From contig CBDCCK010000002.1 of the NCBI GenBank assembly GCA_965214835.1, positions 2,784,001 through 2,848,000 of the forward strand: a stretch of 64,000 nt of DNA, written 5' to 3'. The position numbers and the translations under genes were made by a program. Of this stretch, positions 20,420-27,673 are shown piece after piece. This stretch comes from Nitrosopumilaceae archaeon. Lineage in GTDB: Archaea; Thermoproteota; Nitrososphaeria; Nitrososphaerales; Nitrosopumilaceae. The notes beneath the pieces are model-generated. The model had not been told where the DNA came from. It did not search any database and saw nothing but the letters and a program-made list of their open reading frames with translations. The stretch's first letter is position 1; each line of letters begins with the position of its first letter.

Positions 20420-21470
20420 TGTGTTATATGAAAATTAGGTTCGTTAGTCATTGATGTCCCTCTCCATCCATTTTGGGTCTTTTTTTCTGATCGCTTCTGT
20501 AGCCTCCCTTGCCAAAAAGGCCTGCAGTGGCGTCTCACACTTGTCGATATCCAGTGCAGTGCAGCCTGCGCTCGTTATAGTACTCCACGTATGCAGCCAG
20601 GCTCTCATAGTGGTGGATTTCCTTCTCTATGCTGCCGTGCAACCGTTCCAGCTTGCCGTTGGTCTCCGGATGGTACGGCCTGGAGTTTATCAGCCCGATG
20701 CCCCGGTCCAGCAGCTCGGCCTCAAATGCAGTCGGCTTCCACGTCCCCTTTGGCATGTTCTTCTTGCTACGGCCGCCGTTGAAGCACCTGCCGTTGTCAG
20801 ACAGTATGGTAGCCGGCGTGCCAAATCTGTCTATGGCATCCCTGAGTGTTATCACCACGTTTTCTGATGTGGCCTCGGCAAACGTCCGTGCCGCCATGAT
20901 ACATCTGGATGAATCGTCCAAAAACGTGACTAATTTGAGCCCTCTCAGGCGTGGATCCTTCATATCGTGCCAGTCCACGTGCCACATTGCGTTGGAGTAC
21001 TTGCGCTCATAGCGTAGCCACTTGCGCTGTCCGGATCTTGCAGCAGACTTTGAGACCAGCTTGTTCTCACTCATTATCCTGTATACAGAGTTGTAGCTTA
21101 TATTCAATTCCTCCCTTGCACGCCTGGCCGTGCGCACCACACCGATGTCCTGCTCGGCGTACAGGCGAAGTACCGTCCGAACCTCATCGCTTGAGGGCGG
21201 CGGCGATGCTGGCCTGCCGGGACTCTTTTGCACGTGTATTACGCCGGTTCTTTCGAACTCGGCGCACAGTCTGCCCACGTACTGGGGCGTCACCTTCAGC
21301 TCCTCTGCTATTGCCTTGAGCGTCCTGCCCTTCTTACGCTGTCTTGTGGCGTATCTTATCTGTCGCTCTGTCAGTGCTTTCTTTTTCGTCGTTTTTCTTG
21401 ATCGGTAAAGGGTAAAGTATTCCTTGGCTTTTCTCAAAATCTTAGGCGAACCTAATTTCCATATAAGACA
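20420..21470 (-). mobile_element. IS481-family element; transposase 20535-21437 with a late frameshift
   Basis: TGT...ACA ends with TIR TGT(G/C)TTATATG(A/G)AAATTAGGTTCG; MWHVD, LDDSSR, LSDNG, PETNGKLER; no TSD. Confidence 0.88.
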
Positions 21471-21871
21471 ACCGAACCTGTGTCCAGATATGTGGTCTTG
21501 GCCGATGCCAGAACCAATGAAAGGTATGTGGTCACTTCCCCCTGCTGGCCAGGCGTGAAAATCATAACCCTACATGCCAATTCGTGCCTGATTGATAGGG
21601 GTAGGTGACCTCGTACAATGAAAGTATGTTTATGTCAAGTCCAGCGGTGGGGATTCCTGCAAGGACACCCTCGACACATACCCCCCCCCCCACCACAGAA
21701 TGGGTCTAGCAACGATACAGGTTTAGTCTCTTGGATCATCTTTTTTGCAAGAGCTGGAATCATAGATGCCACATACGGATGCATTCCATGAGTGGCATAA
21801 GTGGTGCTGATTTTCTTGAATTGGAAATCATCACGCAGAATAGGTCTGGCTAGTCGTGCATGTGTCGTCAT
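21471..21871 (-). pseudogene. DNA amino-methyltransferase N-terminus (poly-G frameshift, MITE insertion, truncation)
   Basis: THGMHPYVASMIP, LLDPFCGGGG; removing one G gives VCVEGVLAGIPTAGLDINILS, and removing the MITE continues LVLASAKTT. Confidence 0.8.
21524..21616. mobile_element. MITE family A (93 bp)
   Basis: TIR GTATGTGGTCAC / GTGACCTCGTAC; 8-bp TSD AATGAAAG. Confidence 0.9.
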
Positions 21872-22044
21872 TTTTCACACCCACCTTTCACCATTATTTT
21901 TTTGCCCTCAATCACAAATTGAATCGATTTGGGGTTATTAAGGAAATCTCTGATCGGTTTGGGTACTCGGCAGATTATACTATGCCTTCCATCATCTGAC
22001 AGTTTTACACAAAACCTAGTTTCGTCTTCCTTCCATCTTGTCAA
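21868..22044 (-). CDS. AbrB/MazE-like small DNA-binding protein (58 aa, TTG start; not in the ORF track)
   Basis: MTRWKEDETRFCVKLSDDGRHSIICRVPKPIRDFLNNPKSIQFVIEGKKIMVK; stop overlaps the MTase ATG (ATGA). Confidence 0.75.
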   Translation of the reverse strand: MTRWKEDETRFCVKLSDDGRHSIICRVPKPIRDFLNNPKSIQFVIEGKKIMVKGGCEK

Positions 22045-22090
22045 TAATCCATTTACGCTGACAGGTTATATTAAGCGATCGGATAACTAT

Positions 22091-22131
22091 GCATACGGAT
22101 AGCAGCAAGGATTAAATAAGCATACGGATAA
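22091..22131 (+). promoter_or_regulatory. TATA box for the tRNA (TTAAATA, 22112-22118) between two GCATACGGATA repeats
   Basis: About 25 nt upstream of tRNA G1; direct repeats at 22091 and 22120 are possible operator sites. Confidence 0.55.
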
Positions 22132-22141
22132 TATCGCGTAT

Positions 22142-22225
22142 GGCGAGGTTGCTTAGGCAGGTAGAGCGACGATCTGAAAAATCGTTGGGTGTGCACCTAC
22201 GGGGGTTCGAATCCCCCTCTCGCCG
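22142..22225 (+). tRNA. Class II (Ser-like) tRNA with GAA anticodon
   Basis: Acceptor GGCGAGG/TCTCGCC, discriminator G; D-stem GCT/AGC; anticodon stem ACGAT/ATCGT with loop CTGAAAA; variable arm TGGGT-GTGC-ACCTA; T-arm GGGGG-TTCGAAT-CCCCC. Confidence 0.9.
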
Positions 22226-23240
22226 CTTACAACATTTTCCATTATTCTCTATTTTAACTTTTGAGCGGGATCAGATATGAACGCAAGGGAAAAGAAGGCC
22301 AGACAGATCATGTCGGTGCCAAACCACGCATTCGAAACAATAGGAGAAAATACATTCAAGGTAAGGTCACAATCCGACCCATCCAAGTTCTACATAATCA
22401 CAAGAACCGGCAACGGGCTTGTCTGCGAGTGTCCAGACCACCGGATCAGAAAGGCGGACTGCAAGCACATCAAGGTCATACTGGAGTATGTCAGAAGAAA
22501 CGTGTTCGGACACGAGGGATTCAGGATAATGGAGAGGTCGAAGATCAGGCTGTGCAAGTTCTTCGATTCTGGCAACGTCATCAAGAAGGGAACGAGAAAA
22601 AACAAGAATGGCGATGTGCAGATTTTCAAGTGTACCGACTGCAACAGACGATTTACAGCAAACTTTGGCTTTGAGAAAAAACAGTTTGATGACAGAACCG
22701 TAACTGCTGCCTTGTAGATGTACTATACGGGAATGTCAGTACGGGATATCGCAGACCATTACGAGATGATGGGAATTGATGTGTGCCATAAGACCGTCTA
22801 CAACTGGATTGACGAGTACTCCAAACTCACCACACGGTACATAAACGGAATCGTCCCAAGGGTCGGCAGTTGGTTCAGGGCCGACGAGGTATGGGTAAAA
22901 ATCGCAGGAAAGCAGTGCTGTATTTTTGCATCAATGGATGATGACACACGATACTGGCTGGCCTCCGACCTTGCAGACAACAAGTTCCAGCACAATGCGG
23001 ACAGCCTACTACAGCTAACCAAGCTACAAGCTGGCAAGTCACCTAGGAACTTTATCACTGATGGCCTGCCTGCCTACATGAAATCATCCAAGAAGGTGTT
23101 TGGAAATAAGACAAACCACGTAAGGCACATCCACCTGGCTGGAAAAAGAGACCGTGACAATAACAACAAGATGGAGAGGCTCAACGGCGAGATCAGAGAC
23201 CGTGAGAAGGTGTTTCGGGGCCTCAAGAAGATGGATACTT

Positions 23241-24656
23241 CAGTACTTCCTAGATGTACTTTTGCAGACCCGACACGGCACCTCCGCTACTTTCCGCGAT
23301 CGTTTACAAACGAGTCGGCCGCATCGACAATGCACGCGACAAACAGCATCATGGTAAACCCCTTCCCTCCTGCAAATCCGTCCCACTTGGATTCCACGTC
23401 TATGAACACGGCAGTCCTCCACAGGTTGTACAGTATGACAGACATATAGAACAGCAGCAGCCTGACGACCGGGGAATTGCTGCACGTCTTGCCCATTATC
23501 CCCTTGATCACCCTGAACCCGGTCTCGATTCCCCACCGACTGCGGTACTCCTCCGGTATCTGCTCAATGACTGCCTCTGCACTTTTAGCAGACATGTTGG
23601 TGGCAAAGACCAGATACCTGTCGGCTATGGTCTCTTCTGCCTTGTCCTTCTTTGCTGCTGCCGTGCCGTCCTTTTCTACCTCGTCCTTTTCCACAATGAC
23701 TAGCCTGAATGTGGCGCTCTTGCCGTCCTTGTTGGTCATTGTATATTTTGATACCGCACCGCGTTCTCCGCGGTCATGCTCCTCTATTGCCGCCACTATC
23801 CTCCTGTTCTTGACGGCAGGCATGATGTAGCTGCCCGTGCTTGTTTCTGCAGCCCTCATGCAGTCCACGTTAAAGAACCCGCGGTCATACAGGAACGTCT
23901 TGATCCTCATCCCTGATCTGGACGCCTTGCGGATCATTTTAGGCACGAAATCGGCCAGTTTTGCCTCTTTTGGAAGCTGCAGCGAGGAAAGCACGAGGTC
24001 AGACCCGTCATCTGATCCTATTCCGTGCATGGTAATGTGCGAGAGAAACGTCGACGTGCCGTTCTTGGGCTTTGACTTTCTGGCGATATCCTCCAGGCCC
24101 TTGCCATAGTATTCCACGTCGGTAACGTCCACTGCCACGACGTCCGTGTTGTGCAGCATGCCTGACCTGCGGGCGCACCTTACCGTATGCTGCAGCATGG
24201 AGCTGCACCACTTTTGCGCATCATCCAGGCTGACGCCCCGGATCGCCTTTAGGATCCAGTCCGGACTAGGCGTACGGCAACTATACGCGCCGCCCTTGGA
24301 GGCAGCCCCGTCGTCATGCTGCTGCCTGCTGCATTTTGAGGCCCGCCTGCGAAGGTGCGTCACGGCAGATTCTGCAAACATCCTCCTCTCAGACATGAAA
24401 TATAGAACGCGCAGTGCGTCGATGTGGTCATACACTGCGTTGCGACTCTTTGAGACGGCCAGCCCGAGCTTGGGAAACCGCCGTCGCAATGTTTTAAACT
24501 GTCTCGATGTTATGTCAAACTGGTGTGCAAACACGTCGTTTTGTGTTGGTATCATGATGATGGTTGGCACACCGCCTGATCTATAGTATGATGGTCAAAA
24601 AATCTCGGCAAATTGCGTAATTATCGTGCCTGCAAAAGTACATCGAGGAACTACTG
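23241..24656 (-). mobile_element. ISH3-like element, copy 2 (1416 bp)
   Basis: Inverted copy of 16831-18246; 4-bp TSD ACTT. Confidence 0.92.
23287..24570 (-). CDS. ISH3/IS4-type transposase
   Basis: Protein identical to 16917-18200. Confidence 0.92.
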   Translation of the reverse strand: MPTIIMIPTQNDVFAHQFDITSRQFKTLRRRFPKLGLAVSKSRNAVYDHIDALRVLYFMSERRMFAESAVTHLRRRASKCSRQQHDDGAASKGGAYSCRTPSPDWILKAIRGVSLDDAQKWCSSMLQHTVRCARRSGMLHNTDVVAVDVTDVEYYGKGLEDIARKSKPKNGTSTFLSHITMHGIGSDDGSDLVLSSLQLPKEAKLADFVPKMIRKASRSGMRIKTFLYDRGFFNVDCMRAAETSTGSYIMPAVKNRRIVAAIEEHDRGERGAVSKYTMTNKDGKSATFRLVIVEKDEVEKDGTAAAKKDKAEETIADRYLVFATNMSAKSAEAVIEQIPEEYRSRWGIETGFRVIKGIMGKTCSNSPVVRLLLFYMSVILYNLWRTAVFIDVESKWDGFAGGKGFTMMLFVACIVDAADSFVNDRGK

Positions 24657-24877
24657 ACTTCCATACTTGACGGAATGAGGGTATACTATAATTTCACGAA
24701 AAAACACGGTGCACTGGACGGTCAGACCCCCGCAGAGTCGGCCCTGATAAGCGTGGACGGTACGAACAAGTGGAAAACCATAATCCAGAACGCCTCACTA
24801 AGTAAAAATTCAGCCTAGTCGTAAAAATCGAATCTGAAGAAGATCCATATTTCAGGTCTCGAAGATTACACAGAACC

Positions 24878-25343
24878 TTATTTTAGGGTCACGTGAATTC
24901 CCCGGTAGATGATTTCAATGTGCATCCCTGTCTTGTAGGTCGTGAACCCGCCTCCCGCACCAACGGAGTGAATCCTTTCTGCCCGGCTCAGATCCATTTT
25001 CAGCCACTCTGCTATCCGCCTCGGAATAAAGCAGGAGTATGTGGTCACGTCCCTTGCTAGCTAGGCACGAAAATCACAATCATGCATCTAATTCGTGCCT
25101 GACTGATGGGGGTAGTTGACCTCGTACAAGCAGGAATCTGCCCGAGTCAACCAGCCCACGTACACTCAATTCTGGATTGGTCTTGGCGTCTGCGCCTTCT
25201 GATCCCTTTCGTATGACTACTGCCACTCTTGGACGTCTTGTCAGGGTTTCCTTTCCGTCCACGCCTACAGCCCGATCGACTCGGTAGTCGAACTTCATCA
25301 CGTCTGTAGGACTGTCCCTGTCGGCCATGTCAGCAGCTCGCAT
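24878..25343 (-). pseudogene. Retropepsin-like aspartyl protease (frameshift plus MITE insertion)
   Basis: RRPRVAV...GLVDSG-(frameshift)-ADSCFIPRRIAEWL...SVGAGG. Confidence 0.7.
25037..25127. mobile_element. MITE family A (91 bp)
   Basis: GTATGTGGTCAC...TTGACCTCGTAC; 8-bp TSD AAGCAGGA. Confidence 0.9.
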
Positions 25344-25344
25344 G

Positions 25345-25569
25345 TCAGAGGATGTACGTTGTGGCCTCTAGGTTTGCCGGAATATGCTCTACAAAAGGCG
25401 TCTTTCCATTTGTCTTCTCTGCTGCCTCCTGGCATACCTTATAGACGTCCTTGCCAGATGCGACGATCTCCCTGCCGACAATCGCAATCCACTTTCCCTT
25501 GTACGGCTCGATATCCTTCAGGCTCAGAGACTCTAAAAACTCATCTTCCACGCTTGACATTGCCTTCAA
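25345..25569 (-). CDS. DUF5678-family protein
   Basis: YKGKWIAIVGREIVASGKD motif; sits upstream of the retropepsin gene, its usual partner. Confidence 0.8.
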   Translation of the reverse strand: MKAMSSVEDEFLESLSLKDIEPYKGKWIAIVGREIVASGKDVYKVCQEAAEKTNGKTPFVEHIPANLEATTYIL

Positions 25570-25578
25570 CCCTCACTG

Positions 25579-26663
25579 AGAAGCAATCCGTAATTAAATT
25601 ACGAGTGGCAGGTTGCAGTTGTTTTCTGCCGTGTTTTTCAGGCCACAGCAGCTATCCGTTCCAGTATCCTCAGGTTGACCAGCCCGCACACGATACTGTT
25701 GGCCAGATCGTACTTTCTGAGCCTGTTTCTGTACTTGTAGCTCATTATCTTGAATGTCTTGACCCTGCGTATGCCATTCTCCACGTACACCCGTATCTTT
25801 GAGTGTGTTCTGTTGTACTCTTTTTCATCGTCGGTCAGCTTGCCGCCAGGACTCTTCTTGATTGGAAGTATAACCTTCGTCCCTGCATCGATGTGCTGCG
25901 CACCCTGGTATCCGCGATCCATATAGTGCCGCAGCTCCTCGCCGTCCTCCTCACCGCTCCAGAACGTGGGATGCTTCATCTGGTATATCTTGATGTCGTT
26001 TACGCGCCCCGGCGAGTGCGGGGTCTTGTGCACTATGGCACCGTGTATGTTGACCGTATACTGGACCTTGGCCGTGTGCGTGCCTGCCTTGCCCGAATAG
26101 TGCGACTTTTCCATGTCCTTTCTCTTGGGCCTGTTTGTGGGCTGCTCGGAGGCGTCAGTCAGGCACACCATCCCCGGGAAGATCTCGGCCAGCTCCTCGA
26201 CTGAGGAGATCCTCTTGGAGTCCTTGTAGATCTTCTCGGGGATCGGCAGGCATTGTTTTAGCAGGGGCTCAGTCAGGCTTATGGAGCGCGAGACCGACGC
26301 CTGTCCTATACCGAACATGGCGCCAGCCACGTCCTGGGAGACGTACGTCCTGTAGTAGAACAAGACCAGCAGTACGCGGTTCCTCAGATCCAGGGCAAAG
26401 GGCCTGCCTGCGCCTATATCCCGCACACGGTCGGGCCTTGAGAGCCTCTTCTTCTCGGTATCTGGAAATTTCTTTTGCACCTCGGTACACAGCTGGTCAA
26501 ACTCTGCCTCGGTCATTCCTGCAAACATCCGGAACGTCCGTGGGTTTTTTGTCAGTCTATCGATCAAACACATGATTTGTACATGGTTTTACAGGTATTT
26601 TGATCCGTCAGGCATAGATTAGTGCCCAAGTGGGTCAAAATCTGCTAATTAAGAATCGCTTCT
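25579..26663 (-). mobile_element. IS5-family element, copy 2
   Basis: Same ends as copy 1; 3-bp TSD CTG. Confidence 0.93.
25638..26573 (-). CDS. IS5-family transposase
   Basis: Differs from copy 1 by one V/I change. Confidence 0.93.
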   Translation of the reverse strand: MCLIDRLTKNPRTFRMFAGMTEAEFDQLCTEVQKKFPDTEKKRLSRPDRVRDIGAGRPFALDLRNRVLLVLFYYRTYVSQDVAGAMFGIGQASVSRSISLTEPLLKQCLPIPEKIYKDSKRISSVEELAEIFPGMVCLTDASEQPTNRPKRKDMEKSHYSGKAGTHTAKVQYTVNIHGAIVHKTPHSPGRVNDIKIYQMKHPTFWSGEEDGEELRHYMDRGYQGAQHIDAGTKVILPIKKSPGGKLTDDEKEYNRTHSKIRVYVENGIRRVKTFKIMSYKYRNRLRKYDLANSIVCGLVNLRILERIAAVA

Positions 26664-26712
26664 CTGGATATAATGCGCAAATCTTACTATTAAAGACAGA
26701 TGAGAACCGATC

Positions 26713-26803
26713 GTAAGAGTTTGCCGCCTAGGCGACACTGCTGGCCGAAGCCTTCATGATCACGTCTGCTGTGCCGTATCTCGAGGGAGGGGTAAACTCT
26801 TAC
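26713..26803. mobile_element. MITE family B (91 bp)
   Basis: GTAAGAGTTTGCC / GGTAAACTCTTAC; no TSD; abuts the 5'-truncated MTase. Confidence 0.8.
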
Positions 26804-27166
26804 TACCTGTGGTATGTCAGGGACAGGGACTCGCACACGTTCAACCTGGACGCCGTAAGGGATCAAAACGTGGCGTATCCGGGGCAGAAAAAGAACGGCA
26901 GGCCAAGGTGCAACCCGCTTGGAAAGAATCCGACAAACGTGTGGGAGATTCCGAAGGTCACCTCCGGCAGGAACAGGTCGTCCAGGGAGCGTGCAGACCA
27001 CATCACAAATGCATTCATATTGTTTCTTGGTATCCGGGGCAGGAACAGGTCGTCCAGGGAGCGTGCAGACCACCCTGCGCAGTTTCCACTTGCCGTCCTG
27101 GACCGCATAATAAGGGCCTCAAGTGACTGCGGCGACCTTGTCTTTGATCCGTTCATCGGCTCTGGC
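26804..27166 (+). pseudogene. N6/N4 DNA methyltransferase (beta class), C-terminal fragment
   Basis: LWYVR...FNLDAVR...GKNPTNVW...HPAQFP...VFDPFIGSG. Confidence 0.85.
26966..27073. repeat. 36-bp repeat / 36-bp insert / repeat inside the MTase frame
   Basis: GGCAGGAACAGGTCGTCCAGGGAGCGTGCAGACCAC at 26966-27001 and 27038-27073. Confidence 0.95.
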
Positions 27167-27408
27167 AGGGCAGTGTCAACGGAGCGGCCCGACTTGATTG
27201 CCGGTGCCGCAAAGGCCGTAAGGGGTGCGGGGGGAAAGACAAGGCTGCTATGCGGGACCGGGATGTCTCAGGGGAGGATGTTGCCAAGGCAGTAGAGCTG
27301 GGATCGGCAGGAGTACTCGTGGCAAGCGGCATCGTCAGGGCCAAAAACTGGGACAGGGCAATATCAGAGTTTGCAAGGTCGATGCGACCTGGCACTCCAG
27401 GGAAGTAA
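27155..27408 (+). pseudogene. tpiA: Triosephosphate isomerase, C-terminal remnant
   Basis: IGSGRAVSTERPDLI...LLCG-(frameshift)-SGEDVAKAVELGSAGVLVASGIVRA matches the archaeal TIM C-terminus. Confidence 0.85.
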
Positions 27409-27673
27409 AATCCCCCACGCCCTCGTTTCTTGATCAGGGTCAGGGGCCCAAGGGGTCTGGCCGGGAGGCGCATCCAAGGCTTTGATTGCAATTGGATCTT
27501 TTCTGAAAAAACAATCCCGTCCTCAAGCAGGCTGCTTGATCCCGAAAAAGCCCATGTAGCAGAGTTTCCGGGACTGACGGCAAGATCTGCCAGGAAAAGA
27601 TCAGGCCGCCGAAACGAATCGTTTTTTCATGATATTCATTTAATACACCCATTTCCGGTTCAGGTTTCTAGTA

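Larger units (their letters stand above)
22277..24818 (+). pseudogene. SWIM + Zn-ribbon + HTH + IS6-type DDE transposase, with in-frame TAG (22715-22717) and ISH3 insertion
   Basis: CECPD...CKH, FKCTDC, WFRADEVW, FITDGLPAY, NNKMERLNG; resumes at 24661 (ILDGMRVYYNF...WKTIIQNA). Confidence 0.88.
20411..24877 (+). mobile_element. IS6-family compound element carrying MTase, AbrB-like gene, tRNA and transposase (left boundary tentative)
   Basis: Right end reads GGTTCTGTGTAATC on the minus strand (IS257/IS431-like GGTTCTGT); TTATTTTA at 20403-20410 and 24878-24885 is a possible 8-bp TSD; left TIR cut after 9 bp by IS481. Confidence 0.5.

Noticed and set aside
22142-22225. tRNA as an amber suppressor or selenocysteine tRNA for the adjacent TAG
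   Set aside because: Anticodon is GAA, not CUA or UCA, and the fold is a canonical 7/5
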